Assembly: GCF_009914755.1 (NCBI RefSeq)
Contig: NC_060931.1
Direction: 5' to 3' (one strand)
DNA length: 64,000 nucleotides
DNA from: the human T2T-CHM13v2.0 reference genome, Homo sapiens
The notes beneath the pieces were generated by a model. The model had not been told where the DNA came from and ran no database searches. It worked only from the letters and a program-made list of their open reading frames with translations. The position numbers and the translations under genes are program-made. Positions 1 to 12,729 of this stretch are shown piece after piece. Every line of letters begins with the position of its first letter. Position 1 is the first letter of the stretch.

Positions 1-289
1 CTAGCTAGGCATGGTTTTGGAAGCAGCTGCTATGCTCCACCTAGGGCCACAGCTCTGGGAGGGCGGTCGTCCCCCTTGCAAGGCTGCCACTCTCCAGGTT
101 CTGTTCACAGCATCACCTCCCCTTCCCCTTCAGCCTTCTGCTGTTCCTAGGTCCCGGGTGCCTCAACATCTCTTACCCTGCCACACCCCTATAAATAGCC
201 CCCATATTTAATTCTCTTCTATTCTTTGGGGGCCTAGAATGATATGCCTTTGTAACACATGCTACCCAGAACACCTCGTCCTCACCTGC

Positions 290-548
290 TTTTCTGTGGT
301 CATCCTCAAACCCATCATCCAAAGTCCACTATAAAAGTCACCTCCTCTACAAAACATTCCATGAAGCTACATGGTAGAATCTGCCTTAATAGTCAGGTAT
401 ATTAAAAAGATAGATTACATTTTAAAGTGCTTTGTTCCCAACAGACTCAGCTTCTCCAAAAGCCAGCAACTTGTTTCTTTCCTGTCCCTAGCATTTAGCA
501 CAAGGGCTGGTAAATAATCATGATCACTGAAAGAATAAATGAATGAAA
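290..548 (+). mobile_element. L2 LINE 3' fragment (degenerate)
   Basis: 'tcacctcctct...ttccatga', 'tccctagcatttagcacaagggctgg' and terminal 'gaataaatgaatgaa' resemble the L2 3' end; boundaries approximate. Confidence 0.55.
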
Positions 549-2785
549 GGTAAGAGGATTCTCAATTATTAAACGACATCACAACTGCATGCCAGTAGGT
601 CGTATTTTCTAACAAGAGTGTCTACAGAGCTTTGTCTGAATTCCCATTCTGGGGTGATCTAGTCAATTTTCTCTACATGTAGCTGCTGGGATCCAGCTAG
701 AGACAACTGCTGCTTACTGTGTGGTGAACCCAGTATCTCTGGTGGTAACTAGCGGGCTCCTCACAATCCCACATCACCTGGCAGGGTGTTTCTGCTTACG
801 ATGCTAATGAGATTTTACTTGAAAGATGTAATTATTGCCGCAACCCAAGAAAATAATTAATGGCCAATTTTAGCGGGCAAAATATTCATTAATCAAGTCA
901 ACAGACAAGAGACCTGCAGCGTTTAGGAAAAAGGTCCTTAGAGAGAAGGAAAAAAAGATAATCACCTAGAGATTTCTCCTTTTCATAAGTATAGGTTAAA
1001 TCTATTCAATTATAGTCTCTTGAAAGTTTACATTTCAGATTTAGTCCAATGACTTCTAATGAAGTCTAGGTTTAAACTTTTGAGTTTTAGAATGCATTGC
1101 ACAACTGTTATTTAATCATTATACTGCACAAAAAGGTAGTGATAAGGAGACATTAATCTCATATTTGGTTGGTTTAAAACACTTCACGCAAGGATTTCTG
1201 AACATGACAAACGTCAGCTTCTGTTTTCTTATATTACAAGTGAGGAGGAAGAAAGGTGTCATGATGAGAACACCATTGGGCTTGGTAAACATTTACGTCA
1301 TCTTTGACCCTTATAAACACACGGCTTTTTAACTGAGGGTGAGAGGACATTTTAAATTCTTCTAACACCTTGGTAATCAGAGCGCAGGGAAATATCTGCC
1401 CAAAAAACAACATAGTGACCCAGAGATCAAATCAAACCTACACCTACTATTAAAAGATACTTCAATCCCAAAGAGCATGGGCCCTCATAAAAAATGATAA
1501 ACAAACCCCTCCAGCCTCTTTCTCCAGCCCTTCTTCTCAATGCCCTTTTATAATATTCATGTCCTCAGATTTATGTCGACCATATATTGCCTAGATGTGT
1601 CTCCCCATTCCATTAAAAGGGACTTAAGGGATGGGAGATGGGTCACAGAAGGCAGCAAACAATAACTGACAGTTGAGTTTATTTTTTAAAACCAAAAAAA
1701 CTTCCATGTTTTCATTTAACTTTAAATGCTAACAACCATATTCCAGGCTCGACATGCCCGTAAAGCTGTTTCACAGTCCAGGGAAAAAATTTTTTTATTG
1801 TAAATAATGTTCACCATCCACATCTTAACAGTCTGGATGCTGAAGCATTTTTCATTTAGAGTAATGATCTCCAGGAGTAAAAATAATATAATTATAACTG
1901 AACTACTTGGTCAGCTAAATCACAACCAGAAATGCACTGGTATGTATTTCATTCACCGTGTCAAAAAATCTTCATTCTGAACCATCAACACAGCACTAAA
2001 TTTTGATCTGTCATTGAAAACAGGTCGCTTCTATTTCTGGCTTACAGCATGGTAACAGGGCACAGCAATTGGCAAAGACAGCTAATATTTCACATTAAAT
2101 CTCCCTACCTGACCTTCTGAATCAAAAATGGAGGGACTCATGAAGAAGAAATTAAGTAAACACTCTTTTTTTCTTTAAAAAACAAAACCAAAAAACCCCT
2201 CTTAAAGGATAGAAAAGAAACGACTGAAATTCTTGGGATACAAATTTGTTGTTGATAGGTCAGCCAATTAAGGCCACTGAAGGGTGTGGGCTGCACCCCT
2301 GGGCTGCCTCCTCTTAAAGACAGATAGGAGGGAAGAGGGAGTTTCTTGGTGTCCAGGTGGTCCTTAAGACAAAGCCAGAACTGGCATTTCCAGTGGAGGG
2401 AGGACTACAAGGTCAAAGGGTATGTCAGCCACTTTGGGTGTGGCCTCAGCTGGCCCTTTGCAACCCACCACTACTGAGGGTTGAGATGTGGACAGAGGTT
2501 GATGGACATGCATTGCAGAAGGAAGCAACATCTCTTGAGACTCTTCTCCTCCATGAGTCATTTTAAAGTCACTTGTGGATCTGTATTTAAACCACGTTTT
2601 TTATCTTTCTTTTAGTTTACCTTTAAATACAATTTGAAGAAAGTTTTGCAGATACTTCTCCCTCCTTTTTCCCACCACAACCTAAGCCTGGGTAAAGTGA
2701 CCCTCCCATCTGCTCCTTTTAGTTGCCCCATCTTCACACTTACCCCATGGTTTGAAACCTCCTGATGGGCATTCTCTCCCACTAG

Positions 2786-2943
2786 CTCCATGTTTCTCAG
2801 CCTGGGTAGGTTTATCAAGTAGCGGCTCCTTGCTATAGCCCCAGTGATTCCAGTTTAATTTGATCTGGCATGAAACACCCACTGAGACACCTGAGTGCAC
2901 CCCCGGTGACTCTCATGTGCAGTCAGGGCTGAGAACCACTGCT
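2786..2943. mobile_element. MER5-family hAT-Charlie MITE
   Basis: Ends 'ccatgtttctcagcct' and 'ggctgagaaccactgc' form the family's inverted termini; internal 'ccagtgattc...ccccggtgactctcatgtgcag'. Confidence 0.6.
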
Positions 2944-2986
2944 GTGCTAAGCTCCCTGGGGACAAGCCCCAGGGCTGTTCACCTTT

Positions 2987-3057
2987 GAACCAGACCTAGC
3001 ACAGGGCCTGCTTGCTAAATAGGAACCAGACCTAGCATAGGGCCTGCTTGCTAAATA
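2987..3057. repeat. 36-bp tandem duplication (2 copies, 1 mismatch)
   Basis: gaaccagacctagcaCagggcctgcttgctaaatag followed by gaaccagacctagcaTagggcctgcttgctaaata. Confidence 0.95.
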
Positions 3058-3132
3058 CTAATGGAATACATAAAAGAATGTTGTTCAGTGATTAAAGAAG
3101 ACAGTGGGAGGAAAAAATAGGAGGGCCATTCA

Positions 3133-3345
3133 GGATGGCCTCTCAAACTTGAGTGTGCATCAGAATCACCTGGAGGCCTGTTATAGCTCAGGATAGCGGG
3201 GGTTGGGGGGGTAGGGCAGGCATCCCCAGTGCTCCTGATTTAGTAGCTATAGGGTGGGCCCTGAGAATTTCCATTTTTTACAAGCTCCCAGGTGACGATG
3301 ATGCTGCTGACTGATCTCAGAACCACGCTTCTAGAACCACGGCAC
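3133..3345. mobile_element. MER5A hAT-Charlie MITE
   Basis: 'tctcaaacttgagtgtgcatcagaatcacctggagg...gggtgggccctgagaattt...caagctcccaggtga...agaaccac' matches the recalled MER5A consensus. Confidence 0.8.
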
Positions 3346-4103
3346 TGAAATGACCAAAGCAGTTTAGTAATCTTAGATTAGATGACACATAGTAACGGGC
3401 TGCAGGATCTGATGAGGTGGTCAAGGATAGTAATTCTATGAGGGACATCACAAGGAGGGGTCCACAGGTCTTTAATCCTATCTGATTGCTGGCCACAGAG
3501 AGACCAGGGCTGAGGAAATCTCCCTTTTAGACTGTGATTCCAATTCACTCAGCTACCTTTAATCTTCATGGCTTAAGTATATGAATTATCCATCACATGT
3601 CCACTACTATTCAGAATTAGGGTGTGGCTGGCAAGAAGAACAGACTGCCATCAATATCTAAATAAAAATTACAGTAACACTTTCTTAGAAATAGGCCCAA
3701 GAAAAAATTTTCCAAAAGCAACCAGTGGCAGAACTAGGCCAGAAAACAAACCCATGGCTGCTAGTTAAATCAACTGAGGCAGTGGATTCTACAGCTGTAA
3801 AAATACAGTGGTTTAAAATCCAAGCTTCCAACAGCCATCCAAATAGATGCTAAAATTACATGGTGGGGGTGGGGGTGGGGAATGCATGCTCTCTTTACTG
3901 CCAGTTAAGAGATTTCTTTCTTAACAGATAAAGGAAAGGAATAGGAAAATGCCAATTGCATTTGGTTTTCCTAAGAGAGCACTGGCTACTGGTTCCCAGT
4001 AACCCTCCCATCACCCAAGCCATTGAACAGTGACACAAATGGCATTGTGACAGTAACACAAGCAGGGGTTCTCTCTCCATTTCTGATGAACCATCTTATG
4101 GGT

Positions 4104-4459
4104 TGATATGGTTTGGCTGTGTCCCCACCCAAATCTCATCTTGAATTCCCATGTGTTGTGGGACGGACCTGGTGGGAGGTAACTGAATCATGGGGGCAAG
4201 TCTTTCCCATGCTGTTGTTGTGACAGTGAATAAGTCTCAAAAGATCTGATAGTTTTAAAAAGGGGAGTTTCCCTGCACAAGCTCTCTCTCTTTGCCTGCT
4301 GCCATCCATGTAAGACATGACTTGCTCCTCCTTGCCTTCCACCATGATTGTGAGACTTCCCCAGTCACGTGAAACTGTAAGTTCATTAAACCTCTTTCTT
4401 TGGTAAATTGCCCAGTCTTCGGTATGTCTTTAACAGCAGCACGGAAACAGACTAGTATA
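4104..4459 (+). mobile_element. THE1 (probably THE1B) ERVL-MaLR solo LTR
   Basis: Starts tgatatggtttggctgtgtccccacccaaatctcatcttgaatt and ends ...cagactagtata; flanked by 5-bp TSD tgggt/taggt. Confidence 0.95.
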
Positions 4460-4670
4460 TAGGTCCTAGACAGCAGTAATAAACCTGGGTGTTAGAGAAC
4501 GGAATGTCTCTCTACTCTGGGGTTGTGAGACAGTCTTCAAGGAGTTTCTAGAACAGAAGTAAACAGGAAACTATGTTCTCTGAAAACACAGTCTGTTATT
4601 GGGAAGGGAGTGGCATAAAGATGGTGGGCTCACCCACTCAACAAGGATCAACCCTTACATTTGCAGAGAG

Positions 4671-4765
4671 CAGTGGTTTAAAGTGCGGTCCTGGAGCAGC
4701 AGCCCCCAGGATCCTGCCAAATTCTCAGCTCCTGCCACTCCTCAGACCCAGCAAAAGCAGAAAGT

Positions 4766-4807
<42 letters not shown>

Positions 4808-4886
4808 GGGTAGGGGGCAGTGCAACCTACATTTTAACAAGTCCCATGCTAAAAATTCTAACGCAGCTCAAGTTTGAGAGCTACTG
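4671..4886. mobile_element. MER5A-like MITE interrupted by a (TG)n tract
   Basis: Termini 'cagtggtttaaagtg' and 'aagtttgagagctactg'; internal 'attttaacaagtccc'. Confidence 0.65.
4764..4805. repeat. (TG)n microsatellite
   Basis: About 21 GT units with one interruption. Confidence 0.97.
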
Positions 4887-5014
4887 ACAGAGCTTCAGAG
4901 TCCTCGAAGCACCTCGGCATAGCTTTTCTTGGGCAAGTCCAACAACCACGTGGGAAAGATGGTATCATTCCATTTTAAACATTAGGGAACTGAACTGAGA
5001 CAACCAAGATAAGC

Positions 5015-5252
5015 TTAAGGAGGCATAGTGGCTAAATGTTAATACAGGATCCTGGAACAGAAAAATGACATTAGGGGAAAACGAAGAAATCTGAATAAAG
5101 AATAGCTGACAATGCATCAATTTGGTTCATTAATTGTAACAAATAGACTACACTAATGTAAGACATTAATAATAGGGAAAACTCGGCATGGGAATATATA
5201 AGAACTGTACTATCTTTGTGATTTTTTCTAAAATAAAAAGTTTGTTTAAAAC
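5015..5252 (+). mobile_element. Old L1 (L1MC/MD-type) 3' end fragment
   Basis: 'ggatcctggaacagaaaaatgacattagggg...taattgtaacaaatagactacactaatgtaagacattaataatagggaaaact' is typical of L1MC/MD 3' UTRs. Confidence 0.75.
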
Positions 5253-6535
5253 AATTAGGGAACAGATGCTCTGAGATACATGTTAAAGCAAGATGCTAAA
5301 TACACAATGGGTGCCTATGGCATTATTTTCTGTATGTTTAAAATATTTATGAAATATTTTATAATAAATTATACAATACTTTGAAACTGTAAAAACTATA
5401 CATACTCAGACACTGTTTTGTCTTTTCTCCGGAAAAGGACTGGCATGTGTTTAGATAAGGATACTGTGCTTACAGCAGGCCTGAAACACACCCTCGTCCC
5501 AGCAGAGGCTGTGGATCCTTTTTGTGCAAGCCCTCTTTGTATTGTCAGCTCTGGCACCATGAAGGGGACCTGCCCATGCTCAGGATCGTCCCTGAAAAAT
5601 AACTGCTGTGATGGAGATGCTCTAGGTCCCCCCTGCTCCCCAGGCTCCAGGTCCCTGCCTCTCCCCTCACACCCACCACAGGCCCGGGCATCTCATCATG
5701 CTTATAACCCCACAGGGCCCTCATCTCAGCTAGGCCTCCTCTAACAGTAGCTGCTCCTCTTCCAGACAGTGACGGCATTTTAATGAGGGCACTATAGAGC
5801 CTCTGAGCCCCGCAGGAGTGAACTGCATGCTGAAAGCTGCCGGTGCCTTCAGACCAAGCCAGTTGGCCATTTCCCTCTGCCTTTCTTTGCTGCAGACTGG
5901 ACTGCCCTTGGTCAGAGGTAAAACCCATGCCCCTCGCCCCAGTGGCTTCTGATGGAGCAATGCCTCTGAGGTCAGCCTGGAGCTCTTGATGATGCATCAA
6001 GTCACTTACTTACCTCTTTCTTTTCCAACCTCTGAAGGAGTTAAAAACAGGTGGTGAAACCGACAGAATGGGGATTCAGAGGAAAGAGAGCTAAGAGGCC
6101 TGAACAACCCATAAACTGAATTTTAATCCCTAGAATAGTGGGACATTCACGGCTGCCCACATGTTTCTGAGGCTGGCTATTTTCACTCTGCTGTTTTAAT
6201 GCCAACACCAAGGAATGTGTGTGGCAGCCAGCCTTCCCCTGACACCTTTGCCTTGGGTCTCACCCAGACCAAATGAGTGAGGATGAAGGGACAGGGGCCA
6301 AGGGGGCATTGTTTGTGAGTTCAAGAAACAACACTGAAAGCTTACTGGTTTGTTTTCTAGACCAAATACATCACCCTCATGTACCTGCTGGCTCCCCCTG
6401 CCCTTACTCATGCCATTATGTCATTTTTGACTGCTCTCCCTCCACTCCTCAGTGGAGTCAAACACAATCCCTCCCTAAAGAGCCTGTTGAAGTCCAAAAG
6501 GCAGCCCAGGGGATCGTTCTCTGCTTTCTTTTGTA

Positions 6536-6755
6536 TCATTCATTCTTTCATTCAACCAATATTTATCGAAGACCTACTATGTGCCAGGTACTGTTCTAGG
6601 CACTAGAAATATGGCAGTGAATGACAAAAAAAGAGGATTTACATTCTGGGAAGGACAAGGGTCAATAAGGACATCACTAAGTATACATTGTTATGTGTAC
6701 TATGTCAGATGGTAACTTCCAGGAAGAGAAACAGAACAGGGGAAGGGATGAAAGT
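6536..6755 (-). mobile_element. L2 LINE 3' fragment
   Basis: 'tcattcattctttcattcaaccaatatttatcgaagacctactatgtgccaggtactgttctaggcact' is the reverse complement of the L2 3' end. Confidence 0.85.
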
Positions 6756-6807
6756 GACAGCCATCCTACTCTCTTCACTGGCACTTAGGTTAAATATGCC
6801 ATTATCT

Positions 6808-7107
6808 GGCCGGGCCCAATGGCTCACACCTATAATTCCAGCACTTTGGGAGGCTGAGGCAGGTGGATCACCCAAGGTCAGGAGTTCGAGACCAGCCTGA
6901 CCAATACGGTGAAACCCCATCTCTACTAAACATACAAAAATTAGCCAGGCATGGTGGTGGGTGCCTGTAATCCCAACTACTCAGGAGGCTAAGGCAGGAG
7001 AATTGCTTGAACCTGGGAGGCAGAGGTTACAGTGAGCTGAGATCACACCACTGTACCCCAGCCTAGGCAACAGTGAGACTCTGTTTCAGAAAAAAAAAAA
7101 AAAAAAA
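6808..7107 (+). mobile_element. AluS, full length
   Basis: Dimeric Alu ggccgggccc...gagactctgtttc plus poly(A); TSD gccattatct/gccattattt. Confidence 0.97.
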
Positions 7108-7485
7108 GCCATTATTTAACTTAGTTAATGTTTTGTTTCCTCTTCAGCTAGATCCTCTATGTTCTCAAACAATAAGGGCTGTTTTCGGCTTCTTCCAGCA
7201 TAGGATTGTACATACTGTCGCCGTTCAACCAATTCTGTTGAACAAAAAAACTTATACAGCTGATTCATATTTTAGAAACACAGACCTTCTGGGTGCAAAG
7301 GGAAGTCAGGAGATGAATTAATCCATGTGGAACTGCAGGCAGTGAGTCATCCATTCCACATCTATTTTCCAGCAGCCATGTCCTAGGCACATGAGTGCAG
7401 CACTGGCCAGATACTTGTGGGCTCACCAGTGAAATCCTGCCCTCGTGATGTGTACATTTTGGTGAAAAAGACCAGCAAATGATAA

Positions 7486-7776
<291 letters not shown>

Positions 7777-7793
7777 GATAAGCAATTACCTCT

Positions 7794-8185
7794 ATGAAGG
7801 AAACGGGCAGGGAGATGAAAAGGAGAAAAGCAACACGGAGGATAGGAAAAGCCTTTCCATGGAGATGATGTTCCAGCCAAGACAGGAAGGGGTAGAACGA
7901 GCCAGCGAGGCCAAGGGCAGGATGGGGGTGGGCAAGGATACTGAGAAACAGCTCCTGGAGGAGGAGTCGGCCAGGGCACAGGCCTGGAGGCGGAAATGTG
8001 CTGGGTGCATGGTCACAGAATCCAGTTAGTGTGGGGATGAGGCTGGGGAAGGCAGGAGCCAGCTTTCACAGGCCCTTGTGGGCCACCGTTGGGAGTGTGG
8101 GTTTCATTCTAGTGCAATGGAAAGACACAGGACAGTCTTAGCAGGAGAGAACACAAGATTTCTATTTTAAGAGGATCCCTCTGAA
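7794..8185 (-). mobile_element. L2 LINE fragment
   Basis: Purine-rich degenerate L2 motifs, e.g. 'ggcccttgtgggccac...gtttcattctagtgcaatggaaag...ttttaagaggatccctctg'. Confidence 0.65.
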
Positions 8186-8202
8186 AAGACGGCCCCAGAA
8201 TC

Positions 8203-8335
8203 ACGGTGACTACATGTCACACTTTGCCAGGGACAGTGCCACTTTATACCCGTTGTCCTAGCATCATTATTAACAGCACCCCATTTCACTCTCCAAAGTG
8301 TTGCAGATTAAGGGAAAAATTATACAGTCATCCTA
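8203..8335 (+). mobile_element. MER94 hAT-Blackjack MITE
   Basis: 'ggtgactacatgtc...gggacagtgcc...ttgtcctagcatcattattaacagcaccccatttcactctccaaagtg...aattatacagtcatccta' follows the recalled MER94 consensus. Confidence 0.75.
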
Positions 8336-9554
8336 TCCAGAACCCATTATTACAACTAACATGATTCACTGTTCTGAGAAACCTGATATGCTCTGTACCA
8401 GTCACATCCCCCCAAATACAGCAGAGGCTGAATACAACATATTCTATGGTGGGAAATTAAGCCTGTCCTCCAGCATCGCAATTATAAAAAGGTTCTACTG
8501 TGTTCTGGTGGTTTTTTTGAAAGACAGGAAGAAGAGAAAATTCTATAAACTTCGCTCCATGATGTATTCCACATTTTACAGCTGCTGCGAGGGGAAAACT
8601 TTTCCACAGATGAAATCTAAAATTTTCGTGGTTCAGTTGGAGTCTGTCCTCACTTGATATGGACAAAAAGGGCCAGTCATTGCTGTCTGTGCAGAGATCC
8701 TGAGAGTCCTGTTCTTGAAGAAGCCTGCCAAAGTCACCTCTGAGCAGCTCCAGGTTACATAAGCCCTGTTTCTCTAACCTCTCCTCTCAGGTCTTATTTT
8801 TCAAATGTTCAGTCATCCTTGTGGCTCCTCTGTTTATCCTTGCCAAGTTCTTCACACTGACACAGTACTTCTAAAGTTATACTCCAGAAGCCCTCTGCTA
8901 TTTTCCCTACCAAATCTTTCCAGAAGCAAAGCCATTCTCCTCTGCATCTAAGCCATGGGCCAGGACACTGGAACCGGCGCTGACAAGCCACACTGTACCT
9001 CCTGCCTTGCTTCCACCTGTCCTCCTTGGACCAGACCACCTAAAGAGAGGATTAAGCATAATCTTACCGTGTCTGGGGGACAAAGGCACGTACGGTGGCA
9101 ACCTCTGCCGGCTTGGATTATGCCCCTTCTCATATTCCACCTTAGAATCTCAGAATGTTGGGGTAAACGCGACCTTAGCAACACTCTTTTCATTTGGTAG
9201 ATTTATTGAAGGCAGATCCTACAAATTGCTCATAGATGGGACAGAACTCACCCTGGACCGTGGCCCTTCCCCTCTGCTTTGCTGCCCCTCCAACCACTTC
9301 ATGGAAATGTTACCATCCTCTGATTGATTTATACTGAGCTGAATTTACATGTCTTTTCCTACCCCCCTCCTTGACTTTATTTAGCTTCTTGAGGGCAAAT
9401 AATATATTTAATAGGTCTCTGTATTATTCACAACATGGCATCTTCCATGTAGCCAGGTCTCTGGGGAGATATTTGCTGAAACTCCTGAATGGATTCTTAA
9501 GACTCCTCCTTGCTTTATGATAGAGACAAGAGTAACACTCCCAGGCTTTTGGGG

Positions 9555-9730
9555 GTCACAGGCTCTGCGACAAACAGACCGGACTCCAAATCCAGGCTAT
9601 GCCACTAGTTTCCAGGCTATGCCACTAGTTTACCAGCTAGTAGTTAACTAGTTGTAGGAAAGGTATTATAATTCATCTTTCTTCATCAGAATAATGGGTG
9701 CAATATACCTACCTCTTTCTGAGGGCTACA
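9555..9730 (+). mobile_element. MIR SINE fragment
   Basis: 'ggctctg...cagaccggactccaaatccaggctatgccacta...ttcttcatcagaataatggg...atacctacctc'. Confidence 0.6.
9591..9631. repeat. Perfect 20-bp tandem duplication
   Basis: tccaggctatgccactagtt x2. Confidence 0.95.
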
Positions 9731-11011
9731 AAAGCCTACCTATGTTGCACAGAAATGCCTCAACAGACACATGTTCTGCCCTGAACACCACTTCTCCCTC
9801 TTTTGCTTGCTCTGCTCAGCTATTTTCCCTATAGGTTAAGCTTTTACCAAAAAAGAAAAAACATCCTAATAGTGCTGTTCTTACCAGAGATACCATTTTT
9901 TCCTCATGCTGAAACCCTCCTTAGATAAGAGATAAAACTATGCTGTAACTTATATCCTTTTGCAAATTTTTAAAGTAGAGTGCTGCGATAACACCAAAAT
10001 GGGGGAATTCCTAAGGTGACTTGGGACATAAGTAGGAGTGAGGAAAGTATTTAAGCTTAGAGAGAAAAGCGAAGAGAAGCCTTCTGATGAGGTGTGAGCC
10101 CATGGAAAACGGCACAGGGAAAATGAATCGGAAATGCAGCCTGTGGGGTAACACTGCTGCAGAAGGAAACAAACGAGGAGAGCCAGCGCCTCCACGGTGC
10201 CTTCTCCTCCTGGAAGCAGGAGTTGAAGCCTATGACCCCTAGGACTGATCCCATACTGACATCTTGTGGTTACAAGTGTCATGACACTTACGTTGTCCTA
10301 CGGCAGGCATGGACATGCATATTCGTACAACAACCATGTCTTCATTTCTCAGCATTTCAAAAGCATCAAACGTTTTCTCAACCCCAAGCTCCCTGTTCTC
10401 AGTAGAGGTAGAAGTGAGCGAAGGAACTGCTGATGAATGTGACACTGGCATTTGTCCCTCCCAACTGCATCCATGCTAGTGGCTGAAGCCTCTGCAGCCT
10501 TGGCTGAGCATCTCTTCTCCAGCACCCAAGGCTTCTTTAGGAGAATTACCAAAACTCACTGGTTGTTTTAAAAGTGAAATGAAAACTGCAGCTGCTCAGA
10601 GCTTTCAAATACCAACCGAACCACTCCCTCATGAAGTCTAAGGGAGGAAGTCAGGAAATAGAAAAGTAACCTGGTTCTTTGGAATTTCAAAATTAGATTT
10701 CTTTTCACAACCATACCCCGGAGCTACTCAGTAATGGAGGTGCTCCAGAAACCCTCCATCTTGCAGAATCCCAGATGGTCCTGAGTGCCTGCTGCATTCA
10801 AAGCACCTGGGGGATACTAGTGCACCTCAGAGGGCCCACGGTCCAACAAGGGATGGGCAGGACCCCATCACGGTGAAGTAAAGGAAGATTGGCAAGCGGC
10901 GGACACGGGCCGAGAGAGTTCTTGCAGGAGACATCAGGAAAGACTCCCATGGGAGAGCAGCATTTTTTCTTTTAGGATGAGCAGTGTGGGGCAAATAAAG
11001 TTGTGCATGAA

Positions 11012-11240
11012 GGCATTTATAGCAGGTGGTTAGAGTCACAGGCCTTAGGAATCAGACAAAACAGGATTTACGCCCAGGCCCATCACTTCCTAACTGTCCA
11101 TCTGAACATGATCTGTGAGCTCTCAAAACCTTGTTTTCTTCCTCTGAAAAGCAGGGATGAAAATTCTGACTTAATGATGGAGTTGTGAGGAATGAGTAAA
11201 ATAACGTGTAGAACTGATAACTCGGCACACACTAAGGACA
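11012..11240 (+). mobile_element. MIR SINE
   Basis: 'gtggttagagtcacaggccttaggaatcagac...ttttcttcctctgaaaagcagggatga...gttgtgaggaatgagt'. Confidence 0.7.
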
Positions 11241-11619
11241 CACACCAGTTGCTAACAGCTGGAGGAGCAGCAGGAGTGCAGTGACGGGCAGGAAAGGCCG
11301 CCACCGCCTGTGGAAGTCAGGGGCAGGTGAAGACAGTGTGGACGTAGGACAAACAAAGACATGGTGGTGGGGCAGGGTCGGAGGACAGAGGCACTAGACA
11401 CCAGGCAGGGCCTCCTGACCAGCTCTTGCTCCTCTCTGCTCTCCCAATGTGTCACCTGACTCTTCACTTGGTTTCTTTTTGCCTGTTTATATCCTCTCTC
11501 CCCAGGGATGTTATTTTGGCTTTCTGGAGACAAGGGCCCACAGTTCGTCACCATGGGTCCAGCAGAAGGCCCAGGTGCAGAGCAGACATTCACTGAACAT
11601 TTGGCCTGGCCCCTGCCTG

Positions 11620-11790
11620 TGCTGGGTCACTTTCAGCAAATTAACTAACCTCTGTTAGAAGGCAGGTTTCTCTTCAGTAAAATTCAAACAAAGAAACAAT
11701 ACTTGCCTCTTTTGGTTGCTGTGAAGATTAAATGAGAAAATGCAAGTGAATGGACAAATGACTGGGAAAAGGCTCAATAAAAGATAACTG
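11620..11790 (+). mobile_element. MIR SINE fragment
   Basis: 'gctgggtcactttcagcaaattaactaacctctg...ggttgctgtgaagattaaatgagaaaatgca'. Confidence 0.7.
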
Positions 11791-12474
11791 CTATGAGAGC
11801 CGCACCTGCTAGAGTCCTAGCTGCCAACTTCACAGAAAGCACTGAAGACTGTTTTCTATGAAACCCAGTCTCAAAGACCTAAGGATATGCTCAGATAAAT
11901 CAGACAGCATTGAACAATATCGTCACAACAATATTTTCTAAGAGATTTGTTAAGAAAATTGGGTTTTCATCTGAATTTCTCCATATTATGTAACTTTCCC
12001 ACTTCTTAAGCATAGCTTTCAAAAACACACCATGGCAGCACTGCCCTTAACTGCTTTTCCAGAAAAAATCTTTTCAAATTTCCACCAAAAGAATGCAGTT
12101 GGCACCACCTTTTCCTGACCGTTCTAACAAATGGATAAACTTTGCTGCAATGAGACAGTTTAGGACAACATCTGCTCCTATCTGCCAACAAAGTTCAGCT
12201 GTGGCTTCTGACACTAGGGGAAGAAAATCTCTTCCTTTAAAAAATAATAACATTTATACTTTTTTGTTGATCAAAAATAACAGATGACTACAGAAAAAGT
12301 GGAAAATCTAGAAAATTATAAAAAACAAGTTACCCATAATCAACTATCCAAACATAGTTCAGGCTGTGCATTTTACTATATCCTTTACTATCCTCTTAGT
12401 CTTCTTTGCATATATATTTTTAAAATGGAGTCAGTCTTATCTTTTCACTTATTATACCTGAAGATTTTCTTTAA

Positions 12475-12729
<255 letters not shown>

